A stretch of DNA of 64,000 nt from Akkermansiaceae bacterium (lineage in GTDB: Bacteria > Verrucomicrobiota > Verrucomicrobiia > Verrucomicrobiales > Akkermansiaceae): positions 18,681 to 82,680 of the forward strand of contig JANMJQ010000140.1 in assembly GCA_031371445.1 (NCBI GenBank), written 5' to 3'. Positions 1-9,634 of the stretch are shown here, piece by piece. The notes under the pieces were generated by a model. The model ran no database searches. It saw only the letters and a list, made by a program, of their open reading frames with translations, and was not told the origin of the DNA. Position 1 is the first letter of the stretch. The number at the start of each line of letters is the position of its first letter. A program made the position numbers and the translations under genes.

Positions 1-209
1 AAAACATTTTCTCCATCGGCCAAACCTGGTTGATGAGCAAAGTCCCCGAACCCGAGCTCAAAGCCCGCGGCGGTGACTCGAAGAAATCATGGGTCCAAAA
101 AATGGCCGAACGCCAGGCCGAGTTCCAGCGTCAAAAGCAACAGGGCGCCGGCATGCGCGATGTAACGCCGGATTCCAAAAAGAAGCGTCCGCCACGCACG
201 GGAGGATGA
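1..209 (+). CDS. yidC: Membrane protein insertase YidC, C-terminal fragment (5' partial)
   Basis: Open frame from nt 3, NIFSIGQTWLMSKVPEPEL...KKKRPPRTGG*. Resembles the last YidC TM segment plus basic tail. Not in the ORF track. Confidence 0.6.
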   Translation, partial: NIFSIGQTWLMSKVPEPELKARGGDSKKSWVQKMAERQAEFQRQKQQGAGMRDVTPDSKKKRPPRTGG

Positions 210-210
210 G

Positions 211-275
211 GAAAGTCGAAAGTCGAAAGTCGAGTTGAAGAGTCTGGTTCTCTTCCTATCAACTATCAACCTTCT
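211..275. repeat. Heptamer tandem repeats between convergent genes
   Basis: (GAAAGTC)x3 followed by (CTATCAA)x2 in roughly inverted arrangement. Confidence 0.6.
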
Positions 276-1357
276 TCGCTTCTCACTTCTTCAAACACTC
301 CACCACCCAACAGCCGGCCGCCGTCGTAGAAGGCGCAGATTTGGCCGGCGACGATGGCTCTTTGCGGGCGTTTGAATTTCACGCGGATCCTGCCGCCTTC
401 GATTGGCTCGATCGTCGCTGGCTCGGCCTTTGCGCGATAACGTGGCTGGGCCTCGACACTGCGTGCTTTGTCGAAGGGTTCATTCAACGCGGACAAGGAA
501 CCGACCGTGCAATCGGTGGCGAATAGTCCGGGCGAGTCCGGATTGTCCCAGCCGACGATCAGCCGGTTCTTTGCCATGTCTTTGCCAACGATGACATAAG
601 CCATCCCTTCGCGCGGCGAGGCGACGCCATGGCCTTTGCGTTGGCCCAGCGTGTATAAATGCAAGCCACGGTGCTCACCCAATACCTTGCCACTTGGATC
701 GACGATTTCACCCGGTGAATCCGCAACATGGTGCCGCAGGAAATCGCTCATCTTCACCTGGCCGAGGAAACAAATACCCTGGCTGTCTTTCTTCGCCGCG
801 ACCGGCAGATTGAAGCGATGGGCCGTTTCCCTCACCTGCGGCTTCAACATTTCGCCCGTCGGAAACAAGGCATGCGCGGCCTGGCGCTGGGTCATCAACG
901 AAAGGAAATAACTCTGGTCCTTGTTCGGATCCGCACCACGCAGGATAGCGGCACTGCCATCTGTTAGATTTCGCCGCCGCGCGTAATGACCGGTCGCCAC
1001 CCGCTCGAATCCCTGGTCCAGCGCGTAGTCGAGAAAGACGCCGAACTTCATCTCGCGGTTGCACCAGACGTCGGGGTTCGGCGTGATGCCGGACCGATAG
1101 CCCTCGATGAGATAATCGACGATCCGCGCGCGATAGGCGTCGATCAAATCAATGACGCGGAATTCGATGCCCAGGGTTTTCGCAACCGCGCGGCCGTCCT
1201 CGATGTCCTGCTCCCAGGGACAATCGCCCGGAATGCCCTCGTCGTTGGTCCAGTTCTTCATGTAGCCAGCCGCGACCTCGTGCCCCTGCTCGATCAGAAG
1301 CGCCGCGGCAACCGCGCTGTCGACGCCACCGGAAAGTCCCACCAATACCTTCGCCAT
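266..1357 (-). CDS. mnmA: tRNA 2-thiouridine(34) synthase MnmA
   Basis: SGGVDS, TPNPDVWCNREMKF, ATGHYA, KDQSYFL, KKDSQGICF motifs. Start set at MAKVLVG. Confidence 0.97.
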   Translation of the reverse strand: MAKVLVGLSGGVDSAVAAALLIEQGHEVAAGYMKNWTNDEGIPGDCPWEQDIEDGRAVAKTLGIEFRVIDLIDAYRARIVDYLIEGYRSGITPNPDVWCNREMKFGVFLDYALDQGFERVATGHYARRRNLTDGSAAILRGADPNKDQSYFLSLMTQRQAAHALFPTGEMLKPQVRETAHRFNLPVAAKKDSQGICFLGQVKMSDFLRHHVADSPGEIVDPSGKVLGEHRGLHLYTLGQRKGHGVASPREGMAYVIVGKDMAKNRLIVGWDNPDSPGLFATDCTVGSLSALNEPFDKARSVEAQPRYRAKAEPATIEPIEGGRIRVKFKRPQRAIVAGQICAFYDGGRLLGGGVFEEVRSEEG

Positions 1358-1368
1358 GAGTGGATTTT

Positions 1369-1469
1369 TGAACATCGAACATCGAACGTCCAACGTTGAA
1401 CATCGAAGTGAAGAAAAATTCCCTCGTCTGTTCGACGTTCCATGTTGGACGTTCGACGTTCGATGTTCA
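1369..1469. repeat. Inverted pair of heptamer arrays (AACATCG / CGATGTT family)
   Basis: aacatcg aacatcg aacgtcc aacgttg aacatcg ... ttcgacg ttccatg ttggacg ttcgacg ttcgatg ttc, in the mnmA/yicC divergent gap. Confidence 0.85.
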
Positions 1470-1479
1470 TCCTCCTGCC

Positions 1480-2355
1480 ATGCAATCGATGACAGGCTTC
1501 GGCCGCGGGGCGGCGTCAACCGATGGTTGGAGCGCCACCGTGGAAATCAACTCGGTGAACCGCAAGCAGGCCGAGGTCGTCGTGCAGTCCCCGCGCGAAC
1601 TCAACGAGCTCGAGGTCCCGATCCGCAAGGCGGTGCTCGGCGTGGTGTCGCGCGGGCGCATCCAGGTGTCGGTCGCAATCGAACGGTCCCAGGGCACGGC
1701 CATCGATTTCAGCGTCGACACCGAACTCGCCAAGGCCTTCGCCGCGGCCTTCACCGAATTGGGGGATGCCACGGGCTATCCGGTGAAACCAAGCGCTTCC
1801 GATTTCCTGCGCCAACCGGGCATCATCAACGCTGGCAATGCCGACATCAACGCACTCGAAGCGTGGCACGCGATCGAACCCGCCCTCAATGTCGCGCTGG
1901 CCCAACTGGCCACGATGCGCGAACGCGAAGGCTCCGATCTCAAGGCGGACTTCCTCACGCGTCTTGGTGTGCTCGAATCGTTCGGCCGGAAAATTGCAAC
2001 AGCGGCACCAGCGCGACCCGTCCGTCAGCGCGAACTTCTCGCCAAGCGGCTTCGCGACATCGGCCTCGAGCTCGATCCCGCGGACGAGCGCGTTGCCAAA
2101 GAGATCGCGCTCTTCGCCGATCGCTGCGACATCAGCGAAGAACTGACGCGGCTCGATTCACACTTCGCAAAATTCCGCGAATACCTCGATGCCACCGAAG
2201 CACCAGGACGCGCGCTGGATTTCCTATGTCAGGAACTGTTCCGCGAATTCAACACCATCGGCTCCAAAGCCAACGATGCGGCGATCGCGCAAACCATCGT
2301 CGAAGCCAAAACCGAACTCGAAAAAATCCGCGAGCAGGTGCAGAACGTTGAGTAG
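1480..2355 (+). CDS. yicC: YicC/YloC family endoribonuclease
   Basis: MQSMTGFGRG start, SVNRK, DISEELTRLDSH, GRALDFLCQELFREFNTIGSKAN, EKIREQVQNVE. Confidence 0.95.
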   Translation: MQSMTGFGRGAASTDGWSATVEINSVNRKQAEVVVQSPRELNELEVPIRKAVLGVVSRGRIQVSVAIERSQGTAIDFSVDTELAKAFAAAFTELGDATGYPVKPSASDFLRQPGIINAGNADINALEAWHAIEPALNVALAQLATMREREGSDLKADFLTRLGVLESFGRKIATAAPARPVRQRELLAKRLRDIGLELDPADERVAKEIALFADRCDISEELTRLDSHFAKFREYLDATEAPGRALDFLCQELFREFNTIGSKANDAAIAQTIVEAKTELEKIREQVQNVE

Positions 2356-2368
2356 GTAGAAGGTAAAA

Positions 2369-2462
2369 GCTGAAATTCTGAAATACTGAGATGCTGAAAT
2401 AAAGCACAGGCGCAGCCGATTTCTCAATTTCAGCATTTTAGCTTTTCAGAGTTTCAGCATTT
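2369..2462. repeat. Inverted pair of 8-bp tandem arrays (GCTGAAAT / ATTTCAGC), probable bidirectional terminator-like hairpin
   Basis: gctgaaattctgaaatactgagatgctgaaat ... atttctcaatttcagcattttagcttttcagagtttcagcattt between convergent genes. Confidence 0.75.
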
Positions 2463-2914
2463 ATCCCAACAAGGTCCCTATCTTCGCGTGCGGACTGGAG
2501 GAAAGTTTCATCCATTTCGATGGCTTGCTTCAAGTGGCTGCGTGCGCGCGGGCCTTCGCCGAGAGTCCAGAGATAGCAGGCGAGATTGTAGTGGAAGACC
2601 GGCATTTCGAACAAGGTCTTCGGGCCTCGCAGCAATTGGTTGCAGGCCGCGAGGGTATCGCCGGTTTCGTGGAGGCAGTATGCCGCCCGCAGGAAAAATT
2701 CCGGCTCATCCTCCGCTCTCAAACACAGCAAGCGCGCCGTCTCCGAAGCCGGGTTCCATTGCCCGCGGGCCATCTGCGCGGCGAGCTTCAACTCAAGCGC
2801 CCCACGCTGCGTCCGATCCGTCGACGGCAAGGTTTCGAGCTCGTAAAGCGCCTCGTCCGCCAATCCCAATTCCAGCCATCCCGCCGCAGCGCGTAGAGTC
2901 CGAGTCACAACCAT
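2438..2914 (-). CDS. TPR-repeat protein
   Basis: AAAGWLELG, FHYNLACY...AIEMD...AREDRDL pattern typical of short TPR proteins. Confidence 0.75.
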   Translation of the reverse strand: MVVTRTLRAAAGWLELGLADEALYELETLPSTDRTQRGALELKLAAQMARGQWNPASETARLLCLRAEDEPEFFLRAAYCLHETGDTLAACNQLLRGPKTLFEMPVFHYNLACYLWTLGEGPRARSHLKQAIEMDETFLQSAREDRDLVGINAETLKS

Positions 2915-3079
2915 TCGTTCCAACGTAGGGAATCCTTGGCCCCATGGCAATCCCCCAGCCCATAAATCTGCAAGCCTCCGCAACTGCTTGAGTAGCTGGG
3001 CACAGATCCCTATCCCGCTGTTATTTCGGACAGGGATTCGTTCTTCCGCTTTTCCGAAAGACGTGATAGATTTCCAGCC

Positions 3080-3280
3080 ATGAATAAAACCGTGATCCAG
3101 GCAGAACTACCGCCCGAATTGACGGCTCGAGCGCAATCCTATGTGAATGAAGGATGGGCGACGGATTTCAATGAACTGCTGGCGGATGCGCTGCGGCGTT
3201 TCTTGGAATCCCACTCATCGCGGGTGACTGAAGCTTTTGTCATGGATGACGTGCAATGGGGTCTGCATGGGCACGACTGA
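3080..3280 (+). CDS. Putative RHH/CopG-like antitoxin
   Basis: 66 aa with beta-helix-helix pattern (VIQAELPPEL...ELLADALRRFLE), overlapping the downstream PIN gene. Confidence 0.6.
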   Translation: MNKTVIQAELPPELTARAQSYVNEGWATDFNELLADALRRFLESHSSRVTEAFVMDDVQWGLHGHD

Positions 3281-3785
3281 TCATGGTCCACCGCTGGTTG
3301 TGTGCGACGCAGGGCCGCTGATCCATTTGGATGAAATGGATGCTCTGGATTTGCTGGCGGATTTCGCGGAAGTGCTGGTGCCGGAGGCCGTGTGGAGGGA
3401 GGTGGAGCAGCACCGGCCGCGTGCTCTGTCCCATCCCGGCGTGACGTTGTGCCGGACCACTCCGAGGATGGCTGTGTCGCCCGAGTTAGAGGCATTGGCC
3501 CAGGTGTTCAGCCTGCATACCGGCGAGTGGGAGGCCTTGCGCGTGGCAATGGAGCATCATCCGGGTCTCTTGTTGACCGACGATACGGCGGCACGGTTGG
3601 CAGCAGGGAACCTTAGAATTGGCACGCATGGAACCATTGGTATTCTCGTGCGTGCGATCCGAAGAAGGCAGCGGACGAAGGAAGAAATTCTCGCTGTTTT
3701 GAGATCTCTACCCAGACGATCCACACTGCATATGAAAAGCAGTCTGCTACAGTCCGTAATTTCCGAGGTGGAGGGCAGTTTTTGA
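3267..3785 (+). CDS. PIN-domain (DUF3368-like) putative toxin
   Basis: VVCDAGPLIHL, VPEAVWREV, LHTGEWEAL, LLTDDTAAR, GTIGIL motifs. Confidence 0.8.
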   Translation: MGTTDHGPPLVVCDAGPLIHLDEMDALDLLADFAEVLVPEAVWREVEQHRPRALSHPGVTLCRTTPRMAVSPELEALAQVFSLHTGEWEALRVAMEHHPGLLLTDDTAARLAAGNLRIGTHGTIGILVRAIRRRQRTKEEILAVLRSLPRRSTLHMKSSLLQSVISEVEGSF

Positions 3786-3817
3786 TTCTGATAAGCAAGC
3801 CCAGCGAACAGAAAACC

Positions 3818-4213
3818 TCACTCCGTATGACCCGCGGATGGAACGCGAATGACACCTCCCAGTGCCGCTCCGATGATGAACGGAAGCCAGAACCAAAGAC
3901 CATACATCTGGATCATCACCCCAAAGCCCTTGAGGATTTCCGCCACGTTGCGATGGGAATCGAATACAAAGGAAAGACCCAGTTCGAATGAGAAAAAGAG
4001 AAGCAACCCCATTCCGATGACTGCGCCCGCTTTCGTCCATTCAGGCCAAAACTTGCGGCGGATGATGGCACCCATCGTGAGCAGGATCAAAACCCATACG
4101 ACAGCGACCACGGTGTGATACTGCTGGAAGACTGCGATTGACCACGCTGAGAAGAAGTACATGCCGCCTGCGAGCAACAGCCCGTGAATCATCAATTTAA
4201 ATGGAGATTTCAT
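3818..4213 (-). CDS. Hypothetical 4-TM membrane protein
   Basis: ATG start, four hydrophobic segments. Confidence 0.55.
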   Translation of the reverse strand: MKSPFKLMIHGLLLAGGMYFFSAWSIAVFQQYHTVVAVVWVLILLTMGAIIRRKFWPEWTKAGAVIGMGLLLFFSFELGLSFVFDSHRNVAEILKGFGVMIQMYGLWFWLPFIIGAALGGVIRVPSAGHTE

Positions 4214-4242
4214 CTTTTATCCAAGGAAGCACCGGCATGTAG

Positions 4243-4336
4243 GTTATCAGTTAATAGTTATTGGTTAAATGTGTAAGAGGTCTTTCCCAATAACGTCTAA
4301 CTAATAACTAATATCCGATAACTGATAACTGATAAC
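4243..4336. repeat. GTTATCR/YGATAAC heptamer hairpin element, copy 1
   Basis: gttatcagttaatagttattggttaa ... ccgataactgataactgataac; related copies at 38193 and 59727. Confidence 0.8.
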
Positions 4337-4379
4337 GCGCCAAGGCCAGCTAGAGGAGCTTTTTTGCAGCCCCAACCCT

Positions 4380-6488
4380 TCACGGCTCCTCCGATGACGG
4401 TGGAATGATTTCATCGTCGCCGACAGGAATCGCGCGGGCGGGGCGCGGTTTTTCCGGTTGTTCCACCGGTTCCTCGTCGGGACTGAGTCTCTTATCTTCC
4501 TCCGCCGCAGGATCAAGGTCTTCCACGGGCAACGCCTTCAATGGCTTCACCGGTGTTTCCTGCAAGGCGTCGGGATCATCGCTCTGCTTCTTGTCGCCGG
4601 ATTTGTCATCGTCTTCATCGACCACGATCAAGGCCTTCTTCGGCGGAGCGATGGTTTCCTTGATGTCGTCTTTGATGCCTTCGAAGAAGCGATGCACCAT
4701 CGGCGCGGCCATGCGTCCACCTGACACCGTTTCACCGGGACTACCTTCATAAAGCACGGCAAACGAATAACGCGGATTATCGAAGGGAAGAAATCCGGCG
4801 AACCAGGCGAGGCGTTGTTGCTTCGCCGGCGGTCCCCACTGGGCGGTGCCGGTTTTTCCACAAAGCGTCGTGTAGCTGAGACTCGCGTTATGGCCGGTGC
4901 CGCCGCCGGAGTTGACGACGTCCCTCATGCCTTCCTGCACAATCGATACCGACTTATCATCGACCCCGATCCATTCCTTGCGTTCCGGAATGGTGGCCTG
5001 AATCACGCGGCCACGGGTGTCCTGGATTTGGCGGATGAGCTGGAGCTTCGGACGGGCACGGCCATTCGCGATGCTTGCCATGGCTTGCGCGACCTGCAGC
5101 GGCGAGGAAAGCAAGCTCCCCTGCCCGATCGAAAGATTCGCCGTGTCACCGTCGAGGATTTTGCGATGTTCGTTTTTCAACATCCACTCGTCATTCGGAA
5201 CAAGGCCCGGGCTTTCACCGATCAATGGCAGGCCGGTGCGTTCACCATAGCCGAGGCGGCGGGCCAGGTTGAGGAAGGCGGCCGGACCGACATCGATGCC
5301 GACCTGATAGAACCAGGTGTTGCAGGAGCGGGCGAGCGCGCGTTTGACGTTGATCGAGCCTTCGGGGATCTTGGTCCAGTTATTGAAGGTCGCGTTGCCA
5401 ACACTGATGGAGGCCGGGCAGTAGATCGTCGAGAATTCGGTGACGGTGCCATTGTTGAGGGCCGCGAGGGCGATCACCGGTTTGAACGACGAAGCCGGCG
5501 GATAGGCCGATTGAAAGGCGCGGCCAAAGAGCGGCTGCGAGGGATCATTTTCAAGAGCCGTGAATTCCTCCTGATTGATGCCCGGGATGAAATCGTTGAG
5601 ATCGAATGACGGACGCGAGGCCATCACCATCACCTCGCCGGTGACCACATCGACCACCACAAACGCGCCGCGGCGGCAGCCTTTTTTAAGGGTATCTTCG
5701 GCGAGTTTCTGCCAGCTCAAATTGAGGGTGGTGACCACCGTGCCACCGGGGCGGGGCCGCTTGACTTGCTCCTCTAACAGCTTGTTGAAGTTCTCGTCGA
5801 AAAGGAGGCGCTTCATCCCGGGCTCGCCGGTGAGTTGGGTGTTGTAGATTTTTTCCAAGCCCGCGCGGCCTTCGGTTTCCTCCCACAAGGGTTCGTTGAA
5901 ATTGATGGGCCCGGTTGGCAATTTCCCGACGCTTCCCGAATACCCGATGATGTGCGCGGCCATCTCACCCTGGGGATAAACGCGCTTGTAAATCGGATGC
6001 AGAAGCGTGCCGTCGGGCAGCCGGGACTCGATGTCGCGCGCTTCCTTCTCCCCAAGTTGGCCGGTGACCAGCAGAGGCAGCCATCGCCGGTTGCTATAGT
6101 GGTCGAACAACTCGTCATCGGTTTTCGGAATAAGTTTTTTGACCAGCGGTTGCAGGGCGTTCAGGCGGGTGCGCGCCCAGTTCACCACGAAAGCCCGGTC
6201 GGCATTTTCAAACTGCTTGTATTGCAGTGCGATCTGATAAGCGACGCGGTTCTGCGCGAGCGGTGCGCCGTCACGGTCCACGATCTGGCCGCGCGGCGCT
6301 GGGATTTTGAGCGTGATCGTCCGCGCGTTCTTGCGGGCGATGATGGCTCCGTCCGACGCGTTGCGGACCGGAGCCGCTTCGGACGGCGGATTATTGGAAG
6401 CCAGTTCAGGCCCCTCCGCGCCCCCAGCCATCATTGCCGCGACGCAAGAGACCAGCAGCAGGCAGCGACGGATCGGCATTTTGACCAT
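4380..6488 (-). CDS. mrdA: Penicillin-binding protein 2 (class B transpeptidase)
   Basis: IPAPRGQIVDR, YPPASSFK (SxxK), SCN (SxN), KTGTAQ. Start set at MVKMPIRR. Confidence 0.92.
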   Translation of the reverse strand: MVKMPIRRCLLLVSCVAAMMAGGAEGPELASNNPPSEAAPVRNASDGAIIARKNARTITLKIPAPRGQIVDRDGAPLAQNRVAYQIALQYKQFENADRAFVVNWARTRLNALQPLVKKLIPKTDDELFDHYSNRRWLPLLVTGQLGEKEARDIESRLPDGTLLHPIYKRVYPQGEMAAHIIGYSGSVGKLPTGPINFNEPLWEETEGRAGLEKIYNTQLTGEPGMKRLLFDENFNKLLEEQVKRPRPGGTVVTTLNLSWQKLAEDTLKKGCRRGAFVVVDVVTGEVMVMASRPSFDLNDFIPGINQEEFTALENDPSQPLFGRAFQSAYPPASSFKPVIALAALNNGTVTEFSTIYCPASISVGNATFNNWTKIPEGSINVKRALARSCNTWFYQVGIDVGPAAFLNLARRLGYGERTGLPLIGESPGLVPNDEWMLKNEHRKILDGDTANLSIGQGSLLSSPLQVAQAMASIANGRARPKLQLIRQIQDTRGRVIQATIPERKEWIGVDDKSVSIVQEGMRDVVNSGGGTGHNASLSYTTLCGKTGTAQWGPPAKQQRLAWFAGFLPFDNPRYSFAVLYEGSPGETVSGGRMAAPMVHRFFEGIKDDIKETIAPPKKALIVVDEDDDKSGDKKQSDDPDALQETPVKPLKALPVEDLDPAAEEDKRLSPDEEPVEQPEKPRPARAIPVGDDEIIPPSSEEP

Positions 6489-6550
6489 GTGAGTTTCGAA
6501 AATTAGGCGGGAAATCGGACCAAGGCAACGCCCAATCCCGGGGTCGGAGA

Positions 6551-6657
6551 GACCAGAGACCAGAGACCAGAGACCAGAGACCAGAGACCAGAGACCAGAG
6601 ACCAGCACCGCACTGCGGCAATTCTCATCTGGATTCTGGTCTCTGGGTTCTGGTTTC
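6551..6657. repeat. (GACCAGA)x7-8 array with inverted TCTGGTY partner
   Basis: Perfect heptamer run 6551-6605, then tctggat tctggtc tctgggt tctggtt, in the mrdA/M48 divergent gap. Confidence 0.9.
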
Positions 6658-6707
6658 TCATTCGCGGTTCTCTTGTCCCTGGCCCCCGGCTGTGCATGAT
6701 CACGCCA

Positions 6708-7967
6708 ATGAGCGATTGGAACTTCATGTCGATAATCATCCTCGTGGGGATATTTCTGCTGTGGAACGTCGGACTGGTGGCGACTTTGCTGAATCTGAAA
6801 GCCTTTCCCGAACGAGTCCCCGCCGCACTGGCAGGCCTGCTCGACGACGCCAAGCTCGACCGCGCCCACGCCTACCTGCGCGCCAACGCCCGCCACGACA
6901 TCCTCCAATCGACCGTCTCGCTGGTGGTCCTGCTGGTGTTTTGGTCGGTCGGCTGCTTCCAGTGGCTCGACGACGTCGCGCGGTCCTTGGCGCACTCGGA
7001 GGTCCTTGTCGGCCTGATCTTCCTCAGCGCCTTGTTCCTCGGCCAAGCCCTGCTCGCCTTGCCGTTTTCGATTTATGAAAATTTCGTGATCGAGGAAAAA
7101 TTCGGTTTCAACCGGACCACCCCGGCGACTTTCGTGACGGACCGCTTGAAGGGCCTGTTGCTCGGGATCCTTCTCGGCCTGCCCCTCGGCGCGGCGGTGC
7201 TGTGGATTTTTGGCAATGTTCCGAATGCATGGCTCTGGGCATGGCTGGTGGTGACCGCGTTCCAGCTTGTCATCACGTACCTCGCGCCGTCGTTGATCAT
7301 GCCACTGTTCAACAAGTTCACACCGATGCCCGAAGGTGATTTGAAGGCCGGCATCGAAGCGCTTGGAATCCGCTGCGGATTTCCTCTAACAGGTGTGTTC
7401 GTCATCGATGGCTCCAAGCGCTCGACCAAGGCCAATGCGTTCTTCACAGGCCTTGGAAAACGCAAGAAGATCGCGCTCTTCGACACACTCGTTGACAAGA
7501 GCAGCCGCGCGGAACTCCTCGCTGTGTTGGCTCACGAGATCGGCCATTTCCGCCGCGGCCATATCAAGCAGCGCCTCGCTGTCGGCATCATCCAGACGGC
7601 CGTCATCTTCTTTCTGTTAGGGCTCGCCACCGATCCCAGCGGAAAATTCTCGCGCCTGCTCTTCGATGCTTTCGGCGTGAAACAAATCTCGCCGCATGTC
7701 GGGCTGGTGCTGTTCACCATCCTGCTTGAACCCGTCAGCAAACTCCTCGCCGTTCTCGCCAACGCCTGGTCCCGCCGCCACGAATTCGAGGCCGATGCCT
7801 ATGCCGCCGAAGTCACCGGTGAGGGTGCGGCGCTCGGCGATGCGCTGAAAAAAATGTCAGCCGACCATTTGTCCCATCCGTCGCCCGCGAGACTTCGCGT
7901 CTGGTTGGATTACTCGCACCCGCCGTTGATCGAGCGGCTCGAAGCGTTGGGAAGATCGAAGAGATAG
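6708..7967 (+). CDS. M48 family (Ste24-like) zinc metalloprotease
   Basis: IEEKFGFN, DGSKRSTKANAFFTG, AHEIGH (HExxH), EFEADAYA, YSHPPL. Confidence 0.95.
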   Translation: MSDWNFMSIIILVGIFLLWNVGLVATLLNLKAFPERVPAALAGLLDDAKLDRAHAYLRANARHDILQSTVSLVVLLVFWSVGCFQWLDDVARSLAHSEVLVGLIFLSALFLGQALLALPFSIYENFVIEEKFGFNRTTPATFVTDRLKGLLLGILLGLPLGAAVLWIFGNVPNAWLWAWLVVTAFQLVITYLAPSLIMPLFNKFTPMPEGDLKAGIEALGIRCGFPLTGVFVIDGSKRSTKANAFFTGLGKRKKIALFDTLVDKSSRAELLAVLAHEIGHFRRGHIKQRLAVGIIQTAVIFFLLGLATDPSGKFSRLLFDAFGVKQISPHVGLVLFTILLEPVSKLLAVLANAWSRRHEFEADAYAAEVTGEGAALGDALKKMSADHLSHPSPARLRVWLDYSHPPLIERLEALGRSKR

Positions 7968-8050
7968 GAGATAATGGATAAAAGATCGCAGAGCTGTAAC
8001 CCTCTACATCCCCTATCCCCTATCCCCTATCTCTTCCTATCCACGATCTC
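7952..8050. repeat. GATAGGA / CCCTATC heptamer hairpin between convergent genes
   Basis: gagataggagataatggataaaagatcg ... ccctatc x3. Confidence 0.65.
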
Positions 8051-8051
8051 G

Positions 8052-8729
8052 TCAATCACACTTCTCCGTGATCGACCCGTCTTTGATGATGAGCGTGCGG
8101 TCGCCGACTTTGGCGAGATTTTGATCGTGGGTGACGACGACGAGGGTCACGCCGTGTTCGGTGGCGAGCTCCATGAGGATGCGCATGATTTCCGCGCTGT
8201 TGCGTGAATCGAGATTGCCGGTGGGCTCGTCGGCGAAGAGGACCTTGGGTTCGTTGACAATGGCGCGAGCGATCGCCACCCGCTGCTGCTCGCCACCGGA
8301 CAGCTCGGCGGGGAGATGTTCGGCGCGATCCATGAGACCGACCCGCTCCAAGGCCCGCATCGCCGCTTCGTCAGTGTTTTTGCCATCGATCGCTCCCGGC
8401 ACTGCGACGTTTTCCAGCGCGGTCAACTCGGGCAACAGATGGTAGTTTTGAAACACGTAGCCGATGTTGCGATTGCGGAAGCCGGCTTGGTCCTTTCGTC
8501 CGAGGCCATACAAATCGGTTCCGGCGATCCTTACCCGGCCTTTCTCCGGCCTCTCCAGGCCGGCCAGCGTATAGAGCAGGGTGGTCTTTCCAGCCCCGCT
8601 CGGTCCGCAGAGGAATACCCGTTCCCCGGCGGAAATCCGGAGGTCAATTCCGTGAAGAACCTCGATGGATTTTTTCCCGATCCGGTAGCTGCGGTGCAAA
8701 TCCACCGTTTCAATCATCACGTCGTCCAT
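8052..8729 (-). CDS. lolD: ABC transporter ATP-binding protein, LolD-like
   Basis: GPSGAGKT, IGYVFQNYHLLPELTALENV, LSGGEQQRVAIARA, DEPTGNLD, VTHD. Confidence 0.8.
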   Translation of the reverse strand: MDDVMIETVDLHRSYRIGKKSIEVLHGIDLRISAGERVFLCGPSGAGKTTLLYTLAGLERPEKGRVRIAGTDLYGLGRKDQAGFRNRNIGYVFQNYHLLPELTALENVAVPGAIDGKNTDEAAMRALERVGLMDRAEHLPAELSGGEQQRVAIARAIVNEPKVLFADEPTGNLDSRNSAEIMRILMELATEHGVTLVVVTHDQNLAKVGDRTLIIKDGSITEKCD

Positions 8730-8838
8730 GGGCCAAGCGTGGGCTCCGGAGCATTTTCCTCAATCAAAATCAGAACCCGCGCGGCTTGGGAATCTTTGCC
8801 ATTGCCAAGCCTCCGGCCCTCTGTTCCCTTTCCCAGCC

Positions 8839-9159
8839 ATGGCCAATCCGACGAATGTGCTCGCAAGCGGAATCGAAATCACCGGTTCCATCCGTTTTTC
8901 CAACGACATGATCATCGACGGGAAAATCGATGGCGAAATCACCTCTGACAAAGGCCGCGTCACCATCGGCGAAAACGCCATCATCAAAGGCGACGTCACC
9001 GCCGGTGAAGTGAAGGTCTACGGCAAGGTCGAAGGCAAGATCACTTCGCAACGCTGCGAGCTTAAAGACAAGTCCAAGATCAACGGCGACATCAAGTCCA
9101 AGGTCTTCTCCATGGAAGAAGGCGCGCAACTTTCGGGCCGCACGGATATCGGGGGCTGA
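8839..9159 (+). CDS. Bactofilin (polymer-forming cytoskeletal protein)
   Basis: IIDGKIDGEI, VTIGENAIIKGDV, GKVEGKI beta-helix repeats. Confidence 0.9.
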   Translation: MANPTNVLASGIEITGSIRFSNDMIIDGKIDGEITSDKGRVTIGENAIIKGDVTAGEVKVYGKVEGKITSQRCELKDKSKINGDIKSKVFSMEEGAQLSGRTDIGG

Positions 9160-9188
9160 TGTAGTGGCGATCACCGGTCGCCACGAAC

Positions 9189-9255
9189 TGGAGCGCGGAA
9201 TTCATTCCGCCCGAGTTGATATGGAGATTTCGAGCGGAATAAATTCCGCGCTCCA
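9189..9255. repeat. REP-like doublet (GGAGCGCGGAATTCATTCCGC family)
   Basis: tggagcgcggaattcattccgc and its inverted copy gcggaataaattccgcgctcca; each unit is itself a small hairpin. Confidence 0.8.
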
Positions 9256-9372
9256 ATCTAAAACAACTCCCCCTGCCCCGGCGACAGCCTCCTATAAGCT
9301 GTTAGATTTAATTCCGGCGGCCTTGAAGCCAGGCCATGTTTCCGGCAACAGAGTCGTGGTGCAGGAATTCCG

Positions 9373-9400
9373 TTGCTTTGTAGCCATTTAAGGCTACATT
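9373..9400 (+). promoter_or_regulatory. Probable TA promoter with palindromic operator
   Basis: TTGCTT ... TACATT overlapped by TGTAGCC-N6-GGCTACA (9379-9398), just upstream of the antitoxin ATG. Confidence 0.6.
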
Positions 9401-9406
9401 CGGGCC

Positions 9407-9634
9407 ATGAAAGAGGCCATTGTAAGGGCTAGAGTCCACACGGATCTCAAGGAAGATGCGGAAAGAGTTTTTGAGACCCTCGGAATCAATACCACTGAGG
9501 CGATCCGGATGTTTCTGAGCCAAGTCCGCCTTCGTGGAGGGCTGCCATTTCCGGTCGAAATTCCCCGGAGTGATGATCTTCTGGCATCCAACCGCATGAG
9601 ACAGGCAGCTCTCGAGTCGATTCATGACGACTAA
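9407..9634 (+). CDS. RelB/DinJ family antitoxin
   Basis: VRARVHTDLKEDAERVFETLGINTTEAIRMFLSQV...GLPF. Confidence 0.9.
   Translation: MKEAIVRARVHTDLKEDAERVFETLGINTTEAIRMFLSQVRLRGGLPFPVEIPRSDDLLASNRMRQAALESIHDD

Noticed and set aside
1358-1519. N-terminal extensions of mnmA and yicC
   Set aside because: They arise from the stop-free heptamer hairpin; the family starts are at 1357 and 1480.
6551-6605. CRISPR array suggested by regular repeats
   Set aside because: Units are 7 bp with no spacers, and there are no cas genes. No CRISPR array was seen anywhere in the window.
6489-7046. 888-aa N-terminally extended PBP2 in the ORF track
   Set aside because: The extension is translated heptamer repeat (SGLWSLV) and antisense of the M48 gene; the real start is near 6488.
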